This document shows positions 41,401 to 54,216 of a stretch of DNA of 64,000 nt, piece after piece. The DNA lies in assembly GCF_006345805.1 (NCBI RefSeq), contig NC_043018.1:25482001-25546000 (forward strand), written 5' to 3'. The DNA comes from Octopus sinensis. Lineage: Eukaryota. The notes beneath the pieces are model-generated. The model saw nothing but the letters and a program-made list of their open reading frames with translations. It did not search any database and was not told the origin of the DNA. The position numbers and the translations under genes are program-made. The stretch's first letter is position 1, and each line of letters starts with the position of its first letter.

Positions 41401-42093
41401 GAAGTGTACACACGTGCACACCCAAATTGTTATCAGTAGTGGCTCTTTACCTTGGAGTTTCAATGATACATTGGGGTAAAGAGTCACCATTGATAAGATA
41501 TTATTTTGACTCCACCGTGTTGTGTCTTTGATTCAGTAAATGTTTATTTAGTGTACCTAAGTACGCAAACCTGTAACACACACACACAAGCTTTGAAGCT
41601 GATAACTTTACTGAAATTATCAGCTCCAAAAATAAACCCGGCATGACATTGAATACTTTTATCTCTTACTTGTCTATTAAAATTTGTTTCTGTGTGTGTG
41701 TGCAATGCATATATCTTGTACTTGTTTCAATCATTAGATAATGGCCATGCTGGGGCATCACCTTGAAGAATCTTAGTCAAGTGAATTAAACCCAGTTCTA
41801 ATTTTTTAAAACTTGGTACTTATTCTGTCGGCCCCTTTTACCAAACTGCTAAGTTATGGGGATGTAAACACACCAACACCATTTGGCAAGTTGTGGTAGT
41901 GGGCAACAAACACACACACACACACGTTATAATTTAGAACAAACAGTAAAAAGTTCTCGTTATAGTACTCAGAGTTTTGAATGTCGGAGCGGAGAGCTAC
42001 AATACATTCTTGTGGGATACATTTGTTCTAAATTATAACATAAAAATAATCTTGTATTTATCTGATATTGTGGTCTCCTTTTTTTGTTACTTC

Positions 42094-42127
<34 letters not shown>

Positions 42128-42649
42128 ATACACACACATGCGCGCGATGGGCCTCTTTCAGTTTCTGTCTATCAAATCTACTCACGTGGCTTTGGTCGGC
42201 TGAAGGCTATAGCAGAAGATACTTGTTCAAGTTGCCATGCAGTGAGACTGAACCTGGGACTATATAGTTGGGAAATAAACTTCTTACCACACAGCCATAC
42301 ACTTATATGAACACACTTCTGCAAAAGCATTGAAAAACTGTATGGAGGTTCTGGTAGCTAATAGCCAATAAAATGTATGAATGTCATATCTTACCTCTTT
42401 CTGTAGTCTATGAAGCTGAGATTCCTATTAGATCGGGTTAAAAACCCAGTTTGGTATTACCCAAGTCCAAATCCTGTCTTAATAAGATTTAGCTGTATTC
42501 TGATTTCTTCAGATCTCCTCCTCCTCTGCCTTTCCCCATGTGTACTCTACCCCTTTGTGAGAAGTTCTGTCCGAACCATTTTGGCACCACAGATTTGACC
42601 CTTACTTATTTGATAGACGTTTTGATGTTCCTCTTAATGTTTTAATGTA

Positions 42650-42686
<37 letters not shown>

Positions 42687-43753
42687 ATGTACATAAACAG
42701 AATAAAAGTGTAAACAGGTAATCAAGGGGTATCAAGTCAGGTATGTGTGTATGTATATTTCTCCTTATCTTCATCATCGTTTAATGCCCGCTTTCCATGC
42801 TGGCATGGGTTGTCCCAGGCTCCAATCTGATCTGGCAAGGTTTCTACAGCTGGATGTCCTTCCTAATGCCAACCACCCTGAGAGTGTAGTGGGTGCCTTT
42901 TACATGCCACCAGCACGAGAGCCAATCAGGCAGTACTGGCATCAACCACGCTTGAATGGTGCTTTTTATGTGCTGCTAGCACAGGAGCCAGTCAAGCGGT
43001 ATTGGCAATGGACCTATGCTCAAATGGTACTTTTTACGTGCCACTAACCCAGGAGCCAGTCAGGCAGCACAGGCAATGACCCGCACTCAAATGGTGCTTT
43101 TTACGTACTACTACACAGGAGCCAGTCAGGCGGCACTGGCATCGACGTCACTCGAATGGAGCTTTTTATGTACCACTGCACAGGAGCCAGTCAGGCAGCA
43201 CTGGCAACGACCCGCACTCAAATGGTGCTTTTTATGTACCACTGGCACAGGAGCCAGTCATGCGGCACAGTTGCCAGTCAGACGGTGCTGGCATTGGCCA
43301 CGACAATGACTTCAAGAAGCGATATTAATCATGTTCAGTACTAGGGTTGATTCGTTCGACTAAAAATTCCTCAGGGTGGTGCCCCAGCATGGCTGCTGTC
43401 TAATGACTGAAACGGGTAAAAGATAAAAAAAAAAAAAAAATTAATAAATTGTAATGCCTCCTCCTCTCTATCTAGATGTGTATATTTCTGCACAAGTGTT
43501 TGTGTCTCCAGTGTCAAAACACTTTCCAAAACCGGTTGACTGTCCAGTTGGCCATACCAAATCATTACCCTTCAAACAGCATCTCCCAATTATCTCATTC
43601 CTAAAGAACATACACTTCCCTGCAATTTCTATTTTTTTTCAAATTTTGTTTCTTTTTTGTTTGAATATGTTCCAATATGTTTTAAAAAAAAAAATCAGCT
43701 CATTTATATTAAACCTTTTTTTTTTTTTTTTCCCTTTTTCTGCTTGTTTTCAG

Positions 43754-44015
43754 TATTTGAAGAACCAGAAGATCCAACAAACCGAAGCTTTTTCTCAGAA
43801 ATCATCTCTAGTATATCAGATGTAAAGTTTAGTCATAACGGCCGATACATGATAACGAGAGATTATCTGTCTGTAAAAGTTTGGGATTTGCAGATGGATT
43901 CCCGGCCGATAGAAACTTATCAAGTGCACGAATACCTCCGCAATAAGCTTTGCTCACTATATGAAAATGACTGTATATTTGATAAATTTGAATGTGCTTG
44001 GAGTGGAGGTGACCG
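43754..44015 (+). CDS. PPP2R2: PP2A B55 internal coding exon
   Basis: ttttcag|TA TTT GAA GAA CCA...GAC CG|gtaag. (L)[26 protein letters not shown]...[23 protein letters not shown](R). 262 nt. Confidence 0.97.
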
Positions 44016-45057
44016 GTAAGTCTTTCTGTTATTTCTGAAAGTCTTTATTATTATTATTAAGGCATAAGGTGGCAAGCTGGCAGAATTGTTAGCATGCCGG
44101 GCGAAATGTCTAGCGATATTTCATCTGCCGCAATGTTCTGAGTTCAAATTCTGCCGTGGTCGACTTTTGTGTTTCATCCTTTCAGGCTCGATAAATTAAG
44201 TACCAGTTGTGTACTGAAATCAGTCTAATCAACTGGCCCCCTCCCCACCAAAAAATTTCAGGCCTTGTGCCTATAGCAGAAAGAATTATTATTATCAAGG
44301 CATAAGGTGGCACGCTGGCAGAATTGTTAGCACACCGAGCAAAATGCCTTGCGGTATTTCGTCTGCCGCTACATTCTGAGTTCAAATTCTGCCAAGGTCG
44401 ACTTTGCCTTTCATCCTTTTGGGGTTGATTAAATAAGTACCAGTTACGCATTGGAGTTGATGTAAACTGACTTAATCCCTTCCCTCAAATTTGAAGCCTT
44501 GTGCTTCCAGTAGAAAGGATTATTATTATCAGGGTAGCAAGCTGGCAGAATCACTGTCGCCATGCTGGAGCAGCACCTTTAATCGATCGAGCAAATCGAC
44601 GCATGCTGAGCAAAATGCTTACTGGCATCACCATCACCGCCACCACCATCACCACTACAATCATCATCATTGAAACTAGCAGAATTGTTAGCACGCTGGG
44701 CGAATTGCTTAGCTGCATTTCATATGTATGTCTTTGTTTTTGAGCTCAAATTCCACTGGGGTTAACTTTCCCTTTCATCATCTCGGGGTTTATGAATTCA
44801 GTACCAGTCAAGCACTGGGGGAGTCGGTGTGATCGACTTACCCCCCCCCCCCCCGAACAAATTCCAGGCTAGAGTAGGAAGGATTATTGTTGTTGTTATT
44901 AGAGCTGACACACACACATATATATATATATATATATGTTTGTGTTTGTCCCCCACCACCATCACCTTGGCAACTGATGTTGGTGTGTTTATGCCTCCAT
45001 AACTTCAGCAAAAGAGACCGATAGAATAAGTACTAGGCTTACAAGGAGTAAGTCCTG

Positions 45058-45490
45058 GGCAAGGCTAAATTAAGACCTGTCAAGGCCCTGAGTACTTAAA
45101 AGATTTTGGCACCCCTATAAAAGACAATGTAATTCAAAAGATAAACAATAACAAACCATAAAATAAATTTTTATTTTTCAAAATGAAACAAAACAAAACA
45201 ATAAGAGGGAAAATAATGTTTATTTTTGCGTACTTCTACTTTATTTATATTTGAAAAGTTTCCTCCTACTTTTTTGAATTGCAAAGTCTTTGATCAGATC
45301 CTCAAAATTAACCTTAGGTAACACATCTGCATCTATACTTAGCAGAGATAAAGGCATCCCGAATATTATTTTAGCAAGTTTAAAGTGATTTCTTTAGTGG
45401 CGTAAACCATTTACCATTTCTGTGCTAACCGCTCCTTCCCCTTGATGTCCTAAGCATGTGCTTATTTTGCTTAATGGTTAATCCAGTGCT
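45058..45490 (-). mobile_element. hAT remnant with C-terminal dimerisation-domain relic
   Basis: Minus strand HFKLAKII...LSLLSIDADVLPKVNFEDLIKDFAIQKSRRK. Degenerate (C)AGGGCxGGATTAA-like ends. Confidence 0.62.
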
Positions 45491-46134
45491 GGTCCTGGGG
45501 TCTTTTTTTTTTGTTTCGTTTTATTGTTGTTAGCATGGTTTGGACAGTTTGACAGGTCTGAGAAGCCAGGACGCTGCACCAGGCTCCAGTCTGATCTGGC
45601 AGTGTTTCTACAGTTGGATGCCCTTCCTAATGCCAACCACTCCATGAGTGTAATGGGTGCTTTTTACGTGCCACCAGCACAGAGACTAGAGGCTGCTGGC
45701 AAACGGCCACGGTCGGTTGGTGTTTTTACGTGTCTCTGGCACGGATGCCAGTCAAGGCGGCGCTGGCATCGGCCGTGTTCGGATGGTGCTTTTTATGTGT
45801 CACCAACACAGGTATCTTAACTACAATTCCCATTTGATTTTTATTTTGATGTTGGTGTTGACGTACTTGACTCAATAGGTCTCCTCAAATACAGCAGGTC
45901 ACCCTACAATCCAAGGTTAGCACAGCAGGCCATCCTGCGAGCCATGAACACACTTCATTTGTTGGGTCTACGCAGTCGCAACATATCTCAGAGGTCTCGG
46001 TCTTTCACCATTGCCTCTGTGAGGCCCAACGTGCCACCGGCACGGGTATCACAACAACATTATCCATTCGATTTTTATTTTGATGTTGGTGTATAAAAAG
46101 TATACATACTTTTTTTTTTCTCTCTCTTCCACAG

Positions 46135-46411
46135 GTACATTATGACTGGTTCTTACAACAATTTCTTTCGCATGTTCGACAGAGAAACTAAACGTGATAT
46201 AACTTTAGAGGCTTGCCGTGAAAATATGAGAACAAGGACTATATTAAAACCTAGGAAAGTTTGTACTGGCAGCAAGCGTAAGAAAGACGAAATAAGCGTC
46301 GACTGTTTAGACTTTAGCAAAAAGATTCTTCACACAGCCTGGCATCCTTTGGAAAACATTCTGGCTGTAGCTGCTACTAATAATTTGTATATTTTCCACA
46401 GTAAAGATTAG
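46135..46411 (+). CDS. PPP2R2: PP2A B55 terminal coding exon
   Basis: Polypyrimidine tract then ccacag|[26 protein letters not shown]...[39 protein letters not shown] at 46409-46411. Confidence 0.97.
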
Positions 46412-46959
46412 CAATTAGTGCTATTTTTTAGTAGGATTTTTTCCCTTTTTTTTTCCTCTCCCTCTCTTTCCTCTGTCATAATTTTTTTTCTCTTTCTCTC
46501 TCCCTCTCTCTTTCTCTCTCCAAATTGAGACAATTTTGAACTGCCAAACCAGCCAGCAACTCGATTTTGTCTTTTTCTGATTGACGAAATAGTGGAATTA
46601 TTAAGATAAAAAAAAAAAAAGAAAAAGAAACAAACCAAAAAAAAAAAACAACCCAAAAAAAGCACTCACACACACATGTACACAAAAAAATATGGTTAAA
46701 AAAAATGAAAAATGAAAGAAGAAAAAAGACAAAACAAAGGAAAAAACCAGACAAAAACAAATTTAAAAAAAAAGGAACCCCTCCTCTCCGAAAAAAAAAA
46801 GATAAAAGAATGAAATAAATAATGAAAGGAACCAACCCTCTCCTCTTCCCCACCCGAAACTGCTATAAGTTGTCCAGCAGAGAGAATATGTGTGTTTGGG
46901 GGAGGATTTAGTCGTATTTCTTATTATATGCATCTTGTATGTATGTCACCAAATAACTT

Positions 46960-47365
46960 ATTATACTATATATATGTATATATATATGTGTATATATGTG
47001 TATATATGTATATATATGTGTATATATGTGTATGTATGTATGTATGTATATATATATATATGTGTATGTATGTATATATATATGTGTGTATGTATGTATG
47101 TATGTATATATATATATATATGTATGTATGTATGTATATATATATATATGTATATGTATGTATGTATATATGTATGTATATATGTATGTATGTATATATG
47201 TATGTATATATGTATGTATGTATATATGTATGTATGTATATATGTATGTATGTATATATGTATGTATATATGTATGTATGTATATATGTATGTATCTATG
47301 TATGTATGTATATATGTATGTATATGTATGTATGTATATGTATGTATGTATATATGTATATACAC
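46960..47365 (+). repeat. Compound (TA)/(TATG) microsatellite in the predicted B55 3' UTR
   Basis: Direct reading. It produces the spurious YIH/CVY ORFs. Confidence 0.95.
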
Positions 47366-48805
47366 AATGGTATATAGGTATACACATGTTTTCAAACTTT
47401 ATCTGTGGGGTGTGTGTGGGTGAGAGTATGCTGTGTGTGTGTGTGTGTTTGAAAGAGACTGATTTATGTATGAGAGTGTATGTGTTTATGTTTGTAAGTG
47501 CATAAATATATACACTTATGTGGATTTGTATGTGTGTGTAGATATGCATATATCTGAGTGTATGAGAAAGAAGGAAGCATCTTAAACAGTTGTTTGTTCT
47601 CAGTGTATAACCAGTTATATATACATATTATATATACATATACATACATATATATATATATATATATAGGAAGACATACATATTGCTATAACAATCTCGC
47701 TGCTTTACAGATATGTTGTGAGTTGTTAAATTCCTCTGACTTTGTTGTTGGTCACTCTCATTCCTCTCAAAGCAGTATTAGCCACAAGTTTCTATTTCTC
47801 CCAGTAGGAAGTCGACCATCCGAGTTGTTCCTGATCTGTCACCTCGACTGAGTTGGCTCATTCAACCAAGTGCTAACCACAACACAGCTTATATTCAATG
47901 AGGACAGTGCTATTACTACTACTACTACTACTATTACTACTACTACTGCAAGGATCTTTAAAAAAATAAATAATAATTGGGGTTTTGTGTAAAGATAAAA
48001 TTAATTTTGAAAAATATAGAAGAGAAAAGGGAAAGTGTTACATTGTGTATTTGTGTGTGTGTCTGTGTGTGTGTGTGTACTGCAATTATATGTATTGCAC
48101 AGTAGTGAGAATGATTGTTTGTTTTTGTGTGTGCAGAGGGGGAGGTCTGCTGAAGTCAGTTGATTACATTGTCGTCTTGAGACTTAATTACTGATCAGAA
48201 GAAAAAACATGGGCCGCAATAGAGGATGGAAAGAAAATAATACACCAGAAAAAAAAAACATATAATAAAAACCAAATTGAAAGAAAGAAAAATATATATC
48301 CCAATACAAATAAAACAGAAAACCCAACAATCTCTTATCAAATAGTCTTCATGTATGAAGTGGAGAATCGAATGAATTCTCCATTACGTCGCCTCTCAAT
48401 ATTTGCAATAATTTGAATCTTAAAATCTTTAAGAAAAAATAAATTACAAAGAAAAAAAAAAAGCAAGCTTCGCTTATTTGAAAATTTTGTTAATTTGGCA
48501 GCAATAAAATAGTTTTTTTTTTTTTTAATTTTTTTTTTCAACTTAACATTAACGATCCCATTTACTAGTTCCTCGTTAACAGGGAATACAATTGTACTTG
48601 TTGGTGAGGTTGGTTGGTCTACTCTCTTAGCTTTTCCAGGTCTGCATTTCTGCTCCCCCGTCTCTCTCTGTCTCTCTCCCTTTCTATACATACAATTCTA
48701 GTTAATATTTTTTGCTTCCTGGTCAGCTCTGTATGATAACAATTAATGAATGCATGCCCAAACGTGTGTGTTGTGCATGTGTGAAGTAAAGGTCTGTTAA
48801 AATGG

Positions 48806-48811
48806 AATAAA
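48806..48811 (+). promoter_or_regulatory. Candidate poly(A) signal of the B55 gene (further AATAAA at 48899 and 50418)
   Basis: AATAAA followed by GU-rich tgttctgtttgc. About 4 kb after the stop codon lacks recognisable SINEs, as expected for a long 3' UTR. Confidence 0.45.
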
Positions 48812-51800
48812 ACGTGTCAATGTTCTGTTTGCACCTTTGAAGGAAATATCTTCTGGCCTAAGACATATTCTAATTGCAATTTGAGCTGTGTCATTTGAAA
48901 TAAAGCAGACCTGAACAGAAAGTCTTTACCAAACCCCCAAATCACTAAAATTTTTCTTCAACCCTTCTTTCCATATGCCATTCCCGTCTTTTGTTTCTCT
49001 GTTATTGACCAACTCCAGCCTGGCCTGGCTTGGTCTTTGGTCCTCTCTGGTGGATTGAGTTCACTTGTAGATGGGCAGATCTGACCTGGTTTGGTCTGTG
49101 CTCTACAGAGAAACTACACCTCTGATAATTCAAGGGCCTTGCAATAAGGTCTCTGATCTTTAGCTGTTCTTTATATGTCTTAAATATTCCTGACCAAAAA
49201 GAAGCCCTTCATTTGATTTCCTCTAAACAATATCTTTATAAGAAAGAAGTATTTAAACTGTTTGCTCCTATCCAAGTTACAGTTTAAGTAGCTCTGGTAC
49301 TGTTGGAGAGGAAGGAAATAAAAGTTTCTTTCTCTTTTCTTTTTACCTACCTCTCTTTCTCTCTTCATTTCTTTGATTCTTTCTACTTTTCTTTCTTTCA
49401 GCTGTTAGAAAATATTGTTTCCCTTACTATTTGTTTTCAATCAATTGTCCTGAGTGGCATGGTCAGTTTTGGGTTGCAACCAGTAACTTTTTACCTGAAC
49501 AAAAATGGTTTCTATTAATTTCAGGCAGTTACATAAGATTCCTAAATGAATGACCTTTACAACCACTTTAAGTAAGCCAAAAATTAGCGACCCCTCCAAA
49601 AAAAAAACAACAAACACAAAACAGCAGAAGAGAGAGAGAGGTGGGGGCAGGAGTTTTTCTCTGCAAAAATTTTAAAATTCACCCCATCCCTCCCCAAATG
49701 TGTACCTATGTTTTCAATATTCAGTCCATCTTGCTGTCTCTGCTTCAATTCTTTTTAAATGATTTTCTAATAATAATGACAACAATAATAATAATTATTA
49801 TTATTTCCCTTCTTTCTTGCTCTCCTTTACTTCTCTCTTTCACACATGTTCTTTCAGCTCAAATATCCCTTCCTCTTCCCTTTATAACTAATTTTTTGGG
49901 CGGGGTGTTTTCTTTTAAAATTTTATTAGCTGCCCTTCCTGATACTATAGCAATCTTTTTTTTTCTTTTTTTTTTTAATATATTTAAAAAGAAAAAAAAT
50001 ATTGCAAAAAAATTGGATCAAAACCAAACCAGATTGTGCCATCTGATACACTCAATGTGTATTAGGGTGTCACTTTATAGGAAGACCCTTGCTTTTTTTT
50101 TTTTTTTTAAGTACTTTTTTAAAACAAAAATGTGCAACAGCTCTAAAATTAACCTTTTAACTTAACACCACGTGTTGTTGTTACTGTGAATATTATTGTT
50201 GTTGTTGGTGGTGATTCCACTACAAGGATATCAACCACTGTTGTTGGTGCTGATCAGCGGCATGCTACAGATAACCATTTATCTACCACCTGCCTCACTA
50301 AATTACTTATCTACCTACCTACCTTACCTGCCAATCAACCAGCTGCCCACCCAACTCTAATCACACTGCTTGTTCCAGAATTCCGCTGTAAATCAAATAC
50401 AGTCCAGATCAACCACAAATAAAATAATTTTTTTCCTAAGTCTCTTGCGTGACTGCCTTGATCTGACCCTTTGTTGCTTTGACTCGCATGCTTTTTAAGT
50501 TTTTTCTCTCTCTCTCTCTCACTCTTTAATCAGTATTTATGGCAGTCGGTAGAGCACCAAGCAAAAAACATCTTGTGGTATCTGATTACCTCCCTTTATA
50601 TTAAGTACGAATGCTGCCCAGGCCCACCTTGTCTTTCCAAGGTTAGTAAAATAAAAAAAAATTACTGGAGTTGATGTAATCGGCTACGAACCAAAAGTCA
50701 GTGTGCCGTAGCTGCAGTCCAATGATCGTAAGCAGTGAAAGACTAAAGAATGAATAAATAAATAAAAATTTTAAAATTACCTCATTACCATCACTGAACG
50801 ACTCAATCTTAATGTGGTTAACAGTAAATATGAAACGATGAAAAAACAAAAAAAAAAAAACCCCAAAAAATTTCAAAATCCAAAGAACGGAGTCTAATGA
50901 GTTTTGGCAGCACTCTTCAGAGGACGTTATGAGAATGCCTTGTATCCTGTTGAGGGTGGGGAGAGAAGAGGAGAAGTTGATATTCACAGTGCTGGATTAT
51001 TTTTGAGAGGTGTACTGCTCAGGATTCCATGGAAGGAGGTAACCTCTATCTCTGTTTCTCTCTCTCTGTCTCAGTATTATGAAGAGACCATATGATGATA
51101 AATAAATAAATAAAATTTCAATTACAGTTGGAAGTCAGAAATGTTATGTTGCTGTGCTTTCTAATTCTGCATGAGGGTGTAAAAATGATGATTTTGTTTG
51201 CATATGTTTCAAAAGCAAAGAATTGTTATAGGTGCACGAGTAGATGTGTGGTAGGAAATTTGCTTCTCAACCACAAGAATCCAGGTTCATTCCCATTACA
51301 TGGCACTTACTATAGCACTAGGCTGACCTATCCCTGTGAGTGGATTTGGTAGGCAAGAATTAAAAGAAACCCTTCGTGTATGTATATATATATGTGTGTG
51401 TGTGGCTTATAAGCTAGCATATGTGTGTGTGTATATATACACATCATCATCGTTTAACATCCGTTTTCCGTGCTTGCACGGTTCGACCAGGGACTGGGAA
51501 GCCAGGAGGCTGCTCCAGTCTGATCTGGCAGTGTTTCTGCAGCTGGATGCCCTTCCTAATGCCAACCACTCCGTGAGCGTAGTGGGTGTTCTTTACGTGC
51601 CAGGGGAGTCTGGCAGCGACCACAATCGCTTGGTGCTTTTTACGTGCCACCGGTACAGAAGCCAGTCGAGGCAGTGCTGGCATTGGCCACGTTCAGATGG
51701 TGCTTTTTACATGCCACTGGCACAGGTATTAGAGGGAAACCACTATGTGGACACCCGTATGCTAGAAATAGATCCACTATGGTCTTACCACTAAGAAATG

Positions 51801-54006
51801 TTCTGAAGAAAACAAAATATATATACACACATATGCTAGTTTAAAAGCCATACACTGTGTGGACATTTAAGCTCCTGTGGCCCAAAACTAAAGAGAGCTA
51901 AGTAGTATGACTATATGCCCCTGGTGGTGTTTGGTCAGAGGTTAAGGAAGGATGAGAATTTTGTAATGCAATCATTCTATTGTTCCAGTCCCAAAGTTCT
52001 TATCCTGATATAAAATTAACAAAGCGATTGTCATTTATCTCCCCCCTTGATTTCTGACATCGATCTGATAAATGTCATCCATGATTCAGCCTCAGCCAAG
52101 CTTTACCTGCTAGAAATAGCAACGCAAATGCTTCTAAATCAGATGCCAATGTTGGATGTTGAAGAACCAAAGGAAGGGATCATCTGGATTCCAAAAAGGT
52201 ATACGTCTGTTTAGAGCAAATGTAGAGGGTCCCAGACAGACAGAATTTCATGTTTATTATTGCATGTGTGTGTGTCTAAAACTCTGCGACCAGAGTGTAT
52301 TACGAATTGTCTGCAGCTGATATGTCCGTAAAAGAAGCGCACTCTGAAACATTAGAGCTGTAATATCTTTTTTTTAGGAGGTTGGTTGTTATGGCTGGTC
52401 AGAGAGTGACCATTGGTTTCACACCTATAACGTGCTTATGTCTATAGGCGACTCGTCAGACTCTCGCCTATATGGCTAAGCTCTTCATAAGTGTGAAACC
52501 AATGGTCATCTGTGCTTTTTGTATCAGATCTGTGCCTCAGAGGTTAACTTTCTAGATGCAATCCCATGGCCATTCATGAGCAAAGGGGGTCTTAATCTTG
52601 TAGCTTCAAAATTTTGATGGTGTGATGTTATATTTTAAGAATGATATTTTAGGGTAGGTGTAAGAGGATGAATGTGGCTAGTTTGAACATAAAATGGCTG
52701 AATATTTGGTCAGATTGAGTGCTAAAGGGTTCATTCCTCAGTTATCACACTTCCATTGAAATACACTGCTTTTCTCTCCCCCCCCCCCCAAATTTATTTT
52801 GAAAACAATGAAGAATATCGTAAAGTAACTTCATCATTATTGAGCTGATATTTGGAACATAAATTAACACAAAGTTTCAAGATCTGGAAATCTGTACCAT
52901 AAAAACAAAAAGTAGTCTCAAATGGTTTCGAAAGAAAATAATTAAAGGAAATTCCAGCTACGACCATCCTGTCTTTTCAGCAAGTGTTCACATAACCACA
53001 TTATCCAATATTTTCTTAATTTTATTTTGCTTTTAGACTGTGGTTCGAATGAGATTTAGCTTCTATTAAATGAGACTTTGTATGAAATTAGGCTGCTAAC
53101 TCCACCAAGAAGAGCTGTGGTTTTCAGCTGTTTTTTTAACTATTGATTACTATTTTACTCTTGTGGGTCCCCCATAATCATTTGATGTTTAAAAATTAGT
53201 TTTCTAGAAACTTCTTTCAAAATCCTTATTTTCTTTTTCACCCATTCACTTGTGTAGGTTTGCTCTTGCACTGTCTGAGGGAGCATGCTGCAGGGGTCAG
53301 AAACCTGTTGGACTTTGTTAAATGTTAGAGAAAGCTGTTGGACTTTGTTAAATGTTAGAGAAAGCTCTTTCTTGCAATAAATACATCATCATCCATCATT
53401 TAATGTCTGCTTCCCATGCTGGCATGAGTTAAAATGAACTGGTAAGCCAGAGGGCTGCACTAGGTTCCAATCTCATTTGGCATGGCATCTACAGCTGGAT
53501 GCCCGTCCTAATGCCAACATCTAAAGCAAATGTTTTCACGGACCCTTAAAATATTACTGAGAATCCCTAATTTTCTATTTTGCTTGCATGGACCCCAAAA
53601 AATCTAATGTGGACCTTGGTTGAGGACCACTGAGGTTGAGCAGCCATATAGAGGTTCTTGATGTTACAGGTAGATTCCAAGTACCCTGACCTTAATTAAC
53701 TTCATTTGGCCAATTCTATCACCTGGTTTCAATTCTTCAGTTTAGCTATTTCATTTCATGTAAGCTTTGTGTTTTCCTCTTCAAAAGCATTCATAAACCA
53801 TACAACTGTTCTAATTGTGACTGTAAATTCGGTGTTTCCTACACATGCTAGAAATACATATATTTTTTCTTTTTGCCTCTTACACCTACCCTACAATGTC
53901 ATTCTAAAAATAAACAATCATAGGGCTGACATCTTGAAGCTATAAGATAATACAGGATTAATTAAAAATCGATGTGAATAAACAAACATTTTATTAGACA
54001 GATTAA

Positions 54007-54216
54007 CCCTTTCGTTACTGTATTTATTTTGAGATGCTCTGTGTTTCTTTCAATTACTTTAAATATAACAAAGAATTTAGTAAAGTAACTTAGTTATCAT
54101 TAAGCTAGTGTTAGGAACATAAGTTGTGACTAAGGTTTAGTGGAAGATTTTAATTCAAAACTTATGAAAGCAAGACATTTGTACTAAGTGCCAGAGCCAG
54201 GTTGGTAACGAAAGGG
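54007..54216. mobile_element. piggyBac-type MITE
   Basis: TTAA target duplication (54003-54006, 54217-54220) and perfect 12-bp TIR CCCTTTCGTTAC/GTAACGAAAGGG. Confidence 0.9.

Noticed and set aside
42890-43300. CRISPR-like regularly spaced repeats
   Set aside because: Eukaryotic context, no unique spacers and no cas genes. These are SINE-internal tandem modules.
46890-47549. Long ORFs on both strands (YIH/CVY-rich, 140-210 aa); similar ones at 62082-62758 and 16002-16376
   Set aside because: They are translations of TA/TATG/CA microsatellites, which lack stops in several frames.
53305-53366. 30-bp direct tandem duplication
   Set aside because: Ordinary slippage event with no further structure.
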